Part shown: positions 1 to 12,294 of the stretch, in pieces | How the letters are laid out: each line of letters opens with the position of its first letter | How positions within the stretch are numbered: the stretch's first letter is position 1 | Assembly: GCA_902826215.1 (NCBI GenBank) | Contig: CADEDY010000007.1 | Span: 23,045-87,044 of the forward strand | Length of the DNA: 64,000 nt | Source of the DNA: an uncultured Bacteroidota bacterium | GTDB taxonomy: Bacteria > Bacteroidota > Bacteroidia > Flavobacteriales_F > PHOS-HE28 | Direction of reading: 5' to 3' | Notes under the pieces: generated by a model | Told to the model about the DNA's origin: nothing | Seen by the model: only the letters and a program-made list of their open reading frames with translations | The model's database searches: none | Program-made: the position numbers and the translations under genes

Positions 1-1857
1 TTCACCGAGTTCGACCACGGTGTTCAACGGACCTTCCACAGCTGTCATGCGCTTCGCGTAGACGCGCTTACCGGTGAGGTCGTAGATGTCCATGTTCACG
101 GTGTTCACACCGAAGTCCACTTCGCTCAGGGCGATGAATACCTGACCACCGCTGTTGGGGTTAGGATACATCGTGAGTTCAGGTGTCGAACTGAGGACAT
201 TCGGCCCGACAGGACCATCGATACCGCTGCACGGGTTGATCGTTACCGTGCAAAGCTCACCCCAAGCCATGAATGGTGTTGAGGGCGTGGGTGGATCGAT
301 GCACCAAGTGGCACCGTTGTCCTTGCTCACACGCACGTCCACCGTGTAGGTAACTCCGCACTGAAGCGCAGACGCTCCTGTCCAGTAGAGTGGCAGGATA
401 TAATTGGTGCTCTGGCGTATCGTTTCGAAACCGAGGTCGGTATTCCGGAAGCGGAACTGGTACCGCAACATCGAAGCTGACACGGCCGGTATGAACTGTG
501 GTGGCTTCGCATAGATGTAACTGCCGTAGGCGAAATCCTTGCTCACACCACAGCTGAACTTGTTGCCTGCGACGTCCTGCAATTTGGTCAAAGGACAAGC
601 AGCGCGAGCTGGATCGATCATGAAACGCGTCGCCTCACCGAAGTCTCCATTCACGCCACCGACACGACTGCGAACGCGAACGTTCATCAACACATTGGCT
701 GGAACATGTGGCGAAAGCACCGTATTCACCCATCCGTTCACCTTCATGTGGCAAGCCCGTGTGGCATTTGCAGGTGAGAAACCATCGCTCACATTGTGGC
801 TCCGGAAACGACGGTAGCTGTACGTTCCATTCGGATCGAAGATCCAGAACACATATCCGCTGTTGTTCGGCTGGACCGCATTGGATCCGTTCGGCACCCA
901 AGTGGCACTCACCGCTGTGTTCTCCGTGGCAATCAAGTAGCGGAAGTTCACCCAATCCACTTTATCGAATTGGGAAAGGATCAGACGGTCCCCACTCAAT
1001 GGCAGGCAGAAGGCACCGTTCCCTGCTGACGTTGACAGAGCACTGACGGATCCAGAGCTGAAGTTCCCCGCATTGTCGATGATGCGGTCTCCATCACTGG
1101 TGCGCAACACGTACCCTCCCATGGCGATACCGTCGCCAGCTGCATCGAACACATTCAGGATGTAGCAACCATCGGCGAGGATGAATGCTTCCGTTTGCAC
1201 ACTTCCTCCGGGCACATCAACATACGGACCACCAGAAGCCACCGGTGCACCACCTCCTTGCGGGGCGATCTGCCATGTGGTCTGGCTTCCGAAGTCATCC
1301 AATCCGAAGACCAGTTCCAAAGAAGTGGTTCCACCGGTGCACAGACCCTGGTACTCGAAGGCACCCATGTCGCGCTGTCCGTTGAATACGGGTGAACCGC
1401 GTTGATCATCACCGAGGAGAACTGGATCCCCCGCATCCAAGGCCGGACTTCCACAACCCACAGCGTGTGTCAGCGTCGCGCCTCCGTTGCTTGCAAGGGC
1501 CAGTAGCCCAGGATCCACACCGACATTGTTCCCATCGATCCCGTTCAAGATGCCCGTTGCACCGTTGCCGTTCTCCACCAAAGTGAAGCTCACCGATGCA
1601 AATGCACCATTGAAATCAGGTCCTGTGGTCGCACTGTTATCGGCGATCAAGGAACTGTTGGAACTGATCACACCTGAGACGAGATTCGACCCGCCACCAG
1701 TTGTAGCGGAGTTGTTCGCTATCGTGCTGGCTAGCAAGAACAATGAACCACCCTCGACCTGAACACCTCCGCCATTGGTTGCCGTGTTGCCGGAAACCGT
1801 GCTGAAGTTCACGTCCAAGGTTCCTGAACCGCCGCCTTGTAGGAAGAGCCCCCACCG
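1..1857 (-). CDS. 3' part of a frameshifted T9SS-secreted beta-helix adhesin. It carries further repeats, a DQRG...DMGAFEY module end, a Cys-containing C-terminal module and a T9SS C-terminal sorting domain. Truncated by the window edge.
   Basis: My translation of the minus-strand frame whose codons occupy 1-3, 4-6 and so on is stop-free from 1857 to position 1 (619 codons). The track omits it because it has no stop inside the window. It starts RWGLFLQGGGSGTLDVNFSTVSGNTATNGGGVQVEGG, the same repeat as the upstream ORF. It ends ...ELTMYPNPNSGGQVFIALSEVDFGVNTVNMDIYDLTGKRVYAKRM..., a typical Por/T9SS CTD. Confidence 0.7.
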
Positions 1858-4800
1858 TCAGGTGCGGTATTGTTGCTCACGGTACTGCGCGAAACGGTCA
1901 TGGCACCGCTGTTGGCTGCCCAGAGGCCACCTCCTTCGTTACCTGCCGCATTGCCATCCACCGTTGATCCGGAGATCACGAATGTTCCAGCGCCAGTGAC
2001 GTGGACTGCACCACCATTACCCGGAGCGATCGTCGCCAAGGCACCTGCTGCGGAAACATCATTCCCATTCAGTTGGCTGCCTGTCACGGTAACGTTGCCT
2101 GCTGCGGACTCGATCGCTCCACCAGCACGGACACACTCGTTCATGCTGATCGTGGATGCATCGATGGTAACGACCCCACCGAGATCGAACACTCCGCCCC
2201 CACTACCCGAGGCACCATCGGCCACGTTGTTGGTGATCATGGTATTGTTCTGGATGATCAATGTTCCACCGTTGTTGAACACACCACCACCTCCATCATC
2301 TGCTGCAGGTCCACTTGCCGTATTTCCGTTGATCGTTGTTCCATCAATGGTCATCGTGCCATTGGCGTTCCAGAGGCCGCCTCCCTCGCGAGCTGCGGTG
2401 TTGCCGGTGAACGCACCTCCGTTCACATTCACACTACCCGGACCAGTGATGTGGAATCCTCCTCCATTGCCGGGCGCGGATCCAGCGCTGTTGCCGGTAA
2501 CCGTAACACCTTTGAGCATGGTGATGAAACCCGACTTCGCGAATACTTCGATGCCTCCACCAGCGCGCATGGCGCTGTTACCACTGATCGTACTGTTCAA
2601 CACAGTGACCGTGGCCAAGGTGTCGTTCATGATACCACCGCCGCTACCTGCAGCACCATTGGCCATGTTGTTGGTGATCATTGCTCCGTTCTGCACGGTG
2701 AGCAAGCCAGCCAGGTTAAAGATGCCTCCACCCCCTTGGTCGGCCAATGCTCCACTTGCAGTGTTGCCATCGATCGTCGTTCCGTCAACGACCATGGTTC
2801 CGGCGCCGTTCCACAGTCCACCGCCTTCAAGCGTTGCCGTATTGCCATTCACTTCGCCCCCGGTGATCATGGCACTGCCCGCACCCGTTATGTGCATTCC
2901 ACCGCCATTGCCGGGCGAGCCGCCAGTAGCGTTCATGCTCAGGATCACGTTGTTCAGTACGGTGCTGGAACCTGCAGCGGTCTGTTCGATACCGCCGCCT
3001 GCGCGGATCGAACTGTTCCCGCTGATGGTGCTGTTCGTCACTGTGAGCGTACCTCCGATGTCGTTGAGGATACCTCCCCCGCTACCAGCTTCGCCAGTGG
3101 CCGAATTGCCCGTGACCATGGTACCGTTCTGCACCGTGAGCGTGCCACCGTTGTTGAATAATCCACCACCACCTTGATCGGCGCCAGCGCCGGCAGCGGT
3201 GTTACCATCGACGAGGGATCCATCGACGATCATGATACCGCTCGCATTCCACAAGCCGCCGCCTTCTTGACCGGCCGTATTCGATTGGAAAGAACCACCG
3301 TTCACCGATGTTGCTCCCGTGCTACTTGCATGGAGGCCACCACCGTTGATGCCAGCGGAGTTTCCGTTAACAATTACGTCCGTTAGCAGAACGGTTCCGA
3401 TGTTGTTCTCGATTCCGCCTCCGGCACGAGCACACATATTGCCGCTGATCGTTCCGCCAGTGATCGTGATCGATGAGCCGACAACTCCCATCACACCTCC
3501 ACCGTTACCCAGATTGATGGGTGCAATGTTGTTCGATATTGTCGCGTCGGTGATCATGGTGATACCACCATTGTCGAATACTCCACCGCCGCCTTGATCG
3601 TTGCCTGAGTTGTTCTGAGCATTGGCCGTGTTACCGTCGATGGTTGTGCCATCGATGGTCATGGTGCCGGTGCTGTTCCACAAGCCGCCGCCTTCCTGAG
3701 AAGCCGTGTTGCCGCTTACTGTACCACCAGTGATCGTTGCACTGCCGTTCCCAGTGATGTGCATGCCACCGCCATTACCAGGTGATGGACCAGCACTGTT
3801 GCCATCAAGTGTGACCATTGTCAAGGAGACCATGCTCGCAGAACCCGAATTGTCTTCGATACCGCCGCCGGCACGAACTGCGCTATTGCCACTGATGGTG
3901 GTATTGGAAACGGTCAACGTCCCTCCAACTTCATTGAAAACACCGCCACCACTTCCCAAAGCGCCATCGGCCACGTTGTTGGTGATCAAGGTGCTGTTCT
4001 GAATGATGAGCGTACCTCCGTTGTTGAAGACACCACCGCCACCATCGTGAGATGCTGGTCCGTTTGCCGTGTTGCCGTCAATGGTCGTTCCATCGATCGT
4101 CATCGTACCCGTCGAATTCCACAGCCCACCACCTTCACGAGCGGCGGAGTTACCCGTTACCGTAGCACCATTGATCGCGATGGATGCCGCACCCGTGGCA
4201 TGCAGACCACCTCCGTTCCCAGGATTCGCCGTGCCTGCCCCACCTGACACATCGTTGTCGATCAGGTCGCTGTTGGTAACGAAGAGGATGCCATCCACGA
4301 TCTCGATGCCACCACCCGCGCGATTCGCTGAGTTGCCTTCCAACGAGGAAGCGATCACTTGGACCGTGCCGGAAGCAGAGAATAATGCGCCACCACTGCC
4401 GCTCGCTCCATTGGCGAGGTTATCGGCCAGAACGGTTGCCGCGTTGATAGTGAGCATGTTCGCATCGTTGTATATGCCTCCACCACCCTCTGCCGCCGCT
4501 GCACCAGAAGCCGTGTTACCCGAGATCGATGAACTCATGATCAGCAACGAGCCGCCATTCGCGTAGATCCCTCCGCCGCGAACACCAGCCATGCTGTTCG
4601 ATATGGAGCATTCCCATAATTCAACGTCCGAATTCAGCATGTTCAAAGCACCGCCGTCGGTTGCCGTTTGCCCCATGGTCAAGTGGAGACCGACGAGTTT
4701 CACCGTGCTGGCATCGGAGAAGCTGAAGATCCGGCTCAGCATGGATCCACTGACCATCGTGTTGGTCGTATCGTTACCGATGATCGTCAGCTCGATGCCG

Positions 4801-5021
4801 ATCGGTATTTCGCCCGTTAGTAGCAGGATCGGTATGCCATCGGTACTTGGAGCGAATACGATGGAATCGCCCGGGGCAGCCATGGCAACCGCGCTTCGCA
4901 ATGAACCCGGTCCGTTGTCCGCACTGGTCGTAACGGTCAATGTTGCGCCGGAGGTGCTCACCACACTCCACGCGAGCAGTGTCGTGGTGAGCAATAGGTT
5001 TCGGATAGATGGTCTGTTCAT
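1809..5021 (-). CDS. N-terminal 1070 aa of a secreted right-handed beta-helix repeat adhesin (CSLREA / choice-of-anchor-Q / Pmp-repeat-like). Ends prematurely after a frameshift.
   Basis: Signal peptide MNRPSIRNLLLTTTLLAWSVVSTSGA; I prefer the ATG at 5021 over the track's TTG at 5027. GPGSLRSAV motif near the N-terminus. Dozens of GN(T/S)A...GGG(L/I/V)(W/F/H/E) turns. The stop at 1809-1811 follows the out-of-pattern tail SSYKAAVQEPWT. Confidence 0.85.
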   Translation of the reverse strand: MNRPSIRNLLLTTTLLAWSVVSTSGATLTVTTSADNGPGSLRSAVAMAAPGDSIVFAPSTDGIPILLLTGEIPIGIELTIIGNDTTNTMVSGSMLSRIFSFSDASTVKLVGLHLTMGQTATDGGALNMLNSDVELWECSISNSMAGVRGGGIYANGGSLLIMSSSISGNTASGAAAAEGGGGIYNDANMLTINAATVLADNLANGASGSGGALFSASGTVQVIASSLEGNSANRAGGGIEIVDGILFVTNSDLIDNDVSGGAGTANPGNGGGLHATGAASIAINGATVTGNSAAREGGGLWNSTGTMTIDGTTIDGNTANGPASHDGGGGVFNNGGTLIIQNSTLITNNVADGALGSGGGVFNEVGGTLTVSNTTISGNSAVRAGGGIEDNSGSASMVSLTMVTLDGNSAGPSPGNGGGMHITGNGSATITGGTVSGNTASQEGGGLWNSTGTMTIDGTTIDGNTANAQNNSGNDQGGGGVFDNGGITMITDATISNNIAPINLGNGGGVMGVVGSSITITGGTISGNMCARAGGGIENNIGTVLLTDVIVNGNSAGINGGGLHASSTGATSVNGGSFQSNTAGQEGGGLWNASGIMIVDGSLVDGNTAAGAGADQGGGGLFNNGGTLTVQNGTMVTGNSATGEAGSGGGILNDIGGTLTVTNSTISGNSSIRAGGGIEQTAAGSSTVLNNVILSMNATGGSPGNGGGMHITGAGSAMITGGEVNGNTATLEGGGLWNGAGTMVVDGTTIDGNTASGALADQGGGGIFNLAGLLTVQNGAMITNNMANGAAGSGGGIMNDTLATVTVLNSTISGNSAMRAGGGIEVFAKSGFITMLKGVTVTGNSAGSAPGNGGGFHITGPGSVNVNGGAFTGNTAAREGGGLWNANGTMTIDGTTINGNTASGPAADDGGGGVFNNGGTLIIQNNTMITNNVADGASGSGGGVFDLGGVVTIDASTISMNECVRAGGAIESAAGNVTVTGSQLNGNDVSAAGALATIAPGNGGAVHVTGAGTFVISGSTVDGNAAGNEGGGLWAANSGAMTVSRSTVSNNTAPDGGGSSYKAAVQEPWT
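1937..4136 (-). repeat. Five tandem super-repeats of about 143-150 aa (about 430-450 bp) inside the adhesin gene
   Basis: The EGGGLW anchor recurs at residues 298, 445, 588, 734, 881 and 1031 of the 1072-aa track ORF. Units 1 and 5 share long near-identical stretches (GGGGVFNNGGTLIIQN.T.ITNNVADGA.GSGGGVF). Confidence 0.8.
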
Positions 5022-5170
5022 GGTCAAAGGATCTGGTTAGTGAATGGAATTGAAGAGTCGAAGTCATGTACGAGCATCGTGTGCGATCGGATCACCGGAC
5101 CCTCACAATTCTTCTGAACGCAACGTGGCATGACGTCGCCAATGGACCACGTCGAGATCCCAGAACGTGA

Positions 5171-5200
5171 AAAAGCCCCCGGATCACTCCGAGGGCTTTT
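5171..5200 (-). terminator. Rho-independent terminator downstream of katG, with a hairpin usable in both directions
   Basis: AAAAGCCCCCGG-atcact-CCGAGGGCTTTT: GC-rich stem with one mismatch, flanked by an A-run and a T-run, 21 nt past the katG stop. Confidence 0.6.
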
Positions 5201-5220
5201 CCCATCCGTTGTTGTATCGA

Positions 5221-7524
<2,304 letters not shown>

Positions 7525-7649
7525 TCAAAATTGCACCCGTTCCGATCGCTGAAAGCTGATAAGGATCATCGATGCAAAGGGATCCGAACGGGGAGCCCGA
7601 AGGTACCTGTGCCTTCATCATAGAACAAATTGATAGTTTCGATGAACCA

Positions 7650-7664
7650 ATAGCTTACATCTAT
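7650..7664. promoter_or_regulatory. Candidate LysR/OxyR operator element ATAG-N7-CTAT in the katG-oxyR divergent region
   Basis: ATAGcttacatCTAT at 7650-7664 overlaps the oxyR ATG. Further ATAG half-sites at 7620-7623 and 7633-7636. Spacing is not the textbook 10-bp phasing, so the call is tentative. Confidence 0.35.
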
Positions 7665-8583
7665 GACACTGCAACAACTTCAATACATCGTTTCGCTCGA
7701 TGATCACCGTCATTTCGTGAAAGCCGCGCAGGCCAGTTTCGTTACGCAACCAACACTCACCATGCAGTTGCAGAAGTTGGAGGAGGATTTGGGTGTGCTG
7801 TTGTTCGATCGCCGCACCTTTCCCATACGGCCCACAGAACTGGGCTCACAAGTGATCGCACAGGCTCGTATCGTGCTGCGTGGAGCAGAACAACTTTCGG
7901 CTCTGGTACACGAACTGCACACCGGCTTAGGGGGAACCTGTCGCATCGGGATCATTCCAACGCTCGCACCCTACTTGCTCCCTTTGTTCCTGACCGACCT
8001 CGCCGATGCGCATCCGGCGTTGCAGGTGATCATCGATGAACGCAAGACCAGCCGGATCCTGAAGAGCCTGCGGCGTGGTGATCTCGACCTCGGCATTCTC
8101 GTTACCCCTGTGGATCCAAAGGAATTCGAGGAGGTGGCCCTGTTCCGAGAACCCTTCTTGGCGTACTTGCCCGAAGGTCATTCACTATGGGAAAGGAAGC
8201 GTATCAAGCGATCGGACCTTCGGGATCAAGCGCTATGGGTATTGAGCGAGGGGCATTGCTTTCGTGAACAGACCTTGAGCCTGTGCGACCGACCAAGTGC
8301 AGCTGGCCACGAGAACCTGCTCTACGAAAGTGGAAGCATCGAAACACTGAAGAACCTTGTGCGACAGGGCAGCGGCATGACGCTGGTACCTGAAATGAGC
8401 GTAGACGCGGATGACCCGCATGTGCGACGATTCGTTGCTCCCGAACCGGTCCGTCAAGTAAGCTTGGTGGTCCGAAAACCCTTTGTTCGGCGCAAGTTGT
8501 TGGATGCGGTGGCCACGTCGATACGTAACGCACTACCTGCCCAACGCAAGGAGACCGGTGAACTCGTCGGTCTGGCCCAATGA
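7663..8583 (+). CDS. oxyR: LysR-family hydrogen-peroxide-sensing transcriptional regulator
   Basis: 306 aa. N-terminal LysR HTH (FVKAAQASFVTQPTLTMQLQKLEEDLG). Redox Cys pair in EGHCFREQTLSLC, spaced as E. coli OxyR C199/C208. Divergent from katG. Confidence 0.85.
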   Translation: MTLQQLQYIVSLDDHRHFVKAAQASFVTQPTLTMQLQKLEEDLGVLLFDRRTFPIRPTELGSQVIAQARIVLRGAEQLSALVHELHTGLGGTCRIGIIPTLAPYLLPLFLTDLADAHPALQVIIDERKTSRILKSLRRGDLDLGILVTPVDPKEFEEVALFREPFLAYLPEGHSLWERKRIKRSDLRDQALWVLSEGHCFREQTLSLCDRPSAAGHENLLYESGSIETLKNLVRQGSGMTLVPEMSVDADDPHVRRFVAPEPVRQVSLVVRKPFVRRKLLDAVATSIRNALPAQRKETGELVGLAQ

Positions 8584-8585
8584 CC

Positions 8586-10823
8586 CTACTTATCCTCCGG
8601 GATGGGCGCGTCCGAAGGCGGCAACATCTCAGGAGGCACCGGCATTTCCGGCTCCTCGGGAATGTTCACCTCGAAGAAGAGCGGATCCTGGGGTGTGTTG
8701 ACCTCGATGCGTGCGACGGTACGAACAGACCTGCCCGTGGGACCGCCTTGTTCGATGATCGTGTGCGGGAAAAGCACGCCGTTCACTCCTTTCCAATCCG
8801 TGAAATCGGTGGTCATGTGCCACTGACGGCCGTTGAAGTAAATGTCCTCGGAGCGTCGTACAAGCAAACCGGTCGAGGTGTCGTAGTACTCTGAAAAGGA
8901 AGTCCCTTCTTTCGTTCGGTAACCCAACTTGTAAAGTTCCTTTCCCAAGACTTCCGTGGACCCCAGGATCTCCATTCGTTCCATGGCTTTGCCGTAGGCT
9001 ACGGCCGGCACCGGACGCCCGCGGAGGCTAATGACTTCATAGCCAGCGTCAGTGATCTCGCCACTCACTTGTGGATCGGTGTAGAGCACACGCTTCCCAT
9101 CATGGATATACTCCTCCAACAAGGTTCCCTTCAGCTTCAAGGCGTACCGGTATTGCTCGGGGCCGAACCATTCGTTCTCGTCCAACGTGTCAACGTCACG
9201 CACCACGGTTCGTTCAATGTGCAGGTTCCTGATCGGAGCGATCGCTTCGCGACCACCGATGGCGTGCACATAGGTTTCCACCACTTGCTCCGCAGCCTTA
9301 CCTTGAACAGGGGTTAGTTTCTCCTCCCAAGGAAAACCATCCTCGTCCAACAGCACGAGTGCCTTATCCGCGCGGCTGATATCCATGAGACCTTGTCCAC
9401 AACGCTCAATATCACCGACCACCGTGATGATCGCTTGATCAGGATAGAGGAAGGCGATCGCAGCTTCCTGCACTTGTTCTACCGTGATACCCTCCAAACG
9501 CGAGAGGTACGTGGTGTAGTGATCAGCGGGCAATCCGTTCAACTCCGTGTTCAGCGCGAACCGTGCAACGGTCTTCGGATCTTCCAAGCTGCGGCCGAAG
9601 CTGCCCATCATGAAGCTCTTCGCCAAGTTCAACTCCGCCTGCGTTACGGGCTCGTTGCGCATGCGCTCGATCTCGGCCAGGATCTCTGTTACCGCGGTAT
9701 CGGTGACTTCCGTGCGCACGCTCGCCGTGGCTACGAAACTGCTGTTGAAACGATCGATCTCCAAGTTGGAGTACGCGCCATAGGTGTAGCCGTGTTTCTC
9801 CCGTAGGTTCTGCATCAAACGTGCATTGAAGACACCACCGCCAAGCAATGTATTCATGACGGCCGCGCTCTGGGCCCGGATGTCCTTCGGCAAGAGATTC
9901 AACGGGAATGACACACGGATAACGGATTGCGCTGCACCTGGACGGTCAACACCATAAACACGCCGCACACCACTAGGCACGGTCGCTTTCTCCAACGGTA
10001 CCAACGGACCGATCCCTTCGACGATCGTGCGATCATACTCGTCCGTGGCGACCAACGAGCGCGCTGGTTTCCATTTTCCGAAGAACTTCTTCGCCATCGA
10101 GGTGGCTTCCTTCTCCGTCATATCACCCACGAAGACCAAGTATGCTTTCTCCGGTCTGAAATAGTAGCGGTGATAGGCTTCAACGGCCGATCGGGTGATC
10201 TTTCCGATCGTCGCATCCGTCATCACTTCACCGTATGGATGCGACCGGCCGAAGGTTACCGAACGGCCAACGGTCTCTGCGATGCCTTCGGGATCCTCAT
10301 GTCGCTGCTGAACGGATGATCGGAAACGCACCCGGGCCTTTTCCAGTTCATCCGAAGGGAAGCTGGGGTGCTGCGCTACGTCGGCCATCAGTTCCAACAG
10401 AGGCTCGAGATTCTTCTTCAACGCTCCTGCATAAACGCCATCGTTGCTCGCGAAGAAACTGGCACCCAAGGAATCGACCATGTGATCGATGTCCGACTTC
10501 TTGCGTGTAGGTGTGCCAGTGGGGAGCAGTTCGCCTACCATATCCACGTAGCCCATCTTATCACCTTGGTATACCGGGGGCACATCGAACCGTAACTGGA
10601 CACTCACCAAAGGAAGCTTGTGATCCTCCACCACAATGACATGGATGCCATTCGGAAGAATGGTGGACGTGTGCTTTCCTAGGTTGACCGTGGGTGCCGG
10701 CCCTGGGGCGGGTGGTCGGCTGCGATCGATCTGTGCGTTCATGTGTACCGGAGCGAGCAGGAACCCAACTGTGCAAAGGGCCAAGCCGATGTCGACCGTG
10801 GAGCTAGGGGTACTGCGTTTCAT
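8586..10823 (-). CDS. M16 (pitrilysin/insulinase) family protein without the HxxEH motif, carrying a C-terminal extension of about 250 aa
   Basis: 745 aa. Signal peptide ending NAQ. M16 fold signature regions but no HxxEH. ATGA overlap with the upstream M16 gene. Confidence 0.8.
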   Translation of the reverse strand: MKRSTPSSTVDIGLALCTVGFLLAPVHMNAQIDRSRPPAPGPAPTVNLGKHTSTILPNGIHVIVVEDHKLPLVSVQLRFDVPPVYQGDKMGYVDMVGELLPTGTPTRKKSDIDHMVDSLGASFFASNDGVYAGALKKNLEPLLELMADVAQHPSFPSDELEKARVRFRSSVQQRHEDPEGIAETVGRSVTFGRSHPYGEVMTDATIGKITRSAVEAYHRYYFRPEKAYLVFVGDMTEKEATSMAKKFFGKWKPARSLVATDEYDRTIVEGIGPLVPLEKATVPSGVRRVYGVDRPGAAQSVIRVSFPLNLLPKDIRAQSAAVMNTLLGGGVFNARLMQNLREKHGYTYGAYSNLEIDRFNSSFVATASVRTEVTDTAVTEILAEIERMRNEPVTQAELNLAKSFMMGSFGRSLEDPKTVARFALNTELNGLPADHYTTYLSRLEGITVEQVQEAAIAFLYPDQAIITVVGDIERCGQGLMDISRADKALVLLDEDGFPWEEKLTPVQGKAAEQVVETYVHAIGGREAIAPIRNLHIERTVVRDVDTLDENEWFGPEQYRYALKLKGTLLEEYIHDGKRVLYTDPQVSGEITDAGYEVISLRGRPVPAVAYGKAMERMEILGSTEVLGKELYKLGYRTKEGTSFSEYYDTSTGLLVRRSEDIYFNGRQWHMTTDFTDWKGVNGVLFPHTIIEQGGPTGRSVRTVARIEVNTPQDPLFFEVNIPEEPEMPVPPEMLPPSDAPIPEDK

Positions 10824-12142
10824 GGTTTGTTGTTTGATCGGGGCAGGTAATGGAGCACCACGCGGTTCTCCTTCACTAGATAGGTGCGGGCCGTGCGTTG
10901 AAGGTCCTCAGCGGTGAGGTTGAGGTACCGATCGATCTCCGTGTTGATGAGTTCGGTATTCCCGAGCAACATGTGCGCTGTAGCCAAGTTGCCCGCGATC
11001 CCAGCGATCCGGCTGTTGTCCGCAATGTACTCGGTCTCCAACTGCACCTTCAATTTAGCAAGTTCCGCAGCACCGACCGGCGTCTGCATCAACGCATCGA
11101 TCTCCTGCTGCATGGCCGCTTCCAAACTGTTCGCGTCCACACCCGCATTGGCAATTGCGAACAGCATTGCGATGCCGGGTTGCTCGAAGGGAAAGTTGAA
11201 TGCACCCGTATGGACCGCAAGGGACTGCTCATCCTTCAATGCCTTGTTCATCCGCGCGGAGTTACCGCCAGAGAGCAGGCGGTTGAGCAACTCCATGGCG
11301 TAGAAATCCGGGGTGCCATTCGCAGGTATCCGGTAGCCCATGACAACCGCTGGAAGTTGGATGCGATCGTAGATGATATCGCGTACCTCAGCACCTAAAG
11401 GTGGTTCCACGATGGTCGGTTGCACGACGGGCTCACCCTGGGGTATATCCTTGAAATAGCGTTCCACGAGTACTCGGGCACTTGTGGGTTCAAAGTCACC
11501 GGCCAGCACCAAGGTCGCGTTGTTCGGGACGTAGAATTTCTTGTAGAAGGCCTTGTAATCCGCTTCGGTGGCCGCGTTCAGATCCTCCATGTAGCCGATG
11601 GTCGGCCATTGGTATGGATGCTGCTTGAAGGCACGTTTCAGTACCTCCATCGTCAGCGTGCCATATGGCTGGTTCTCGTAACGCTGGCGGCGTTCTTCCT
11701 TCACCACTTCACGTTGGGTATCAACCCCCACTTGATCCACCTTCGCTTGCAGCATGCGCTCGCTTTCCAGCCACAGCCCCAATTCCAATTGGTTGCTCGG
11801 AAGCACCTCGTAGTAATAGGTGCGATCGCCGGAGGTGTTGGCATTGAGTACCCCTCCCGCGTTCTCCACCAGTTTGCTGAATTCGCCGCGTTGGATGTTC
11901 GCCGATCCTTCGAAAAGAAGGTGTTCGAAAAAGTGCGCGAAACCACGTCGATTGCTCTCCTCGTTCTTGCTCCCCACATGGTACATCACGCTCACCGCTA
12001 CGATGGGTGTCGCATGGTCCTCGTGCAGGATCACATGCAATCCGTTGGGCAGATCGAACTCGGTGTACGCAATGGCCCGCTTCTGGGCAAGGACAGGTGC
12101 TGCTCGCGCGGCGGCTTCGGGTCGTGAAAGAAAGGTTCCCAT
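10820..12142 (-). CDS. M16 family zinc metallopeptidase (catalytic partner)
   Basis: 440 aa with the inverted zinc motif HFFEHLLFEG. Translationally coupled by a 4-nt overlap to the downstream non-catalytic M16 gene. Confidence 0.9.
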   Translation of the reverse strand: MGTFLSRPEAAARAAPVLAQKRAIAYTEFDLPNGLHVILHEDHATPIVAVSVMYHVGSKNEESNRRGFAHFFEHLLFEGSANIQRGEFSKLVENAGGVLNANTSGDRTYYYEVLPSNQLELGLWLESERMLQAKVDQVGVDTQREVVKEERRQRYENQPYGTLTMEVLKRAFKQHPYQWPTIGYMEDLNAATEADYKAFYKKFYVPNNATLVLAGDFEPTSARVLVERYFKDIPQGEPVVQPTIVEPPLGAEVRDIIYDRIQLPAVVMGYRIPANGTPDFYAMELLNRLLSGGNSARMNKALKDEQSLAVHTGAFNFPFEQPGIAMLFAIANAGVDANSLEAAMQQEIDALMQTPVGAAELAKLKVQLETEYIADNSRIAGIAGNLATAHMLLGNTELINTEIDRYLNLTAEDLQRTARTYLVKENRVVLHYLPRSNNKP

Positions 12143-12294
12143 GCGCGGTTCGTCCGGTCTACACCGGGGGCGCTAAAAGTACCGGATCGGAGGGAGTTGA
12201 CAGGATGCTCAACTGCGATGAACTTTCGGAAGGTCCTGCGACCGACCGAACCTTCCTATCGTGGTTGCGCTTTTCCCCAACCTAAATTCGCCAC

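Noticed and set aside
1870-3177. 435-aa and 386-aa plus-strand ORFs with poly-Pro stretches
   Set aside because: They are antisense to the Gly-rich adhesin repeats: GGN codons read as NCC (Pro) on the other strand. There is no independent signal.
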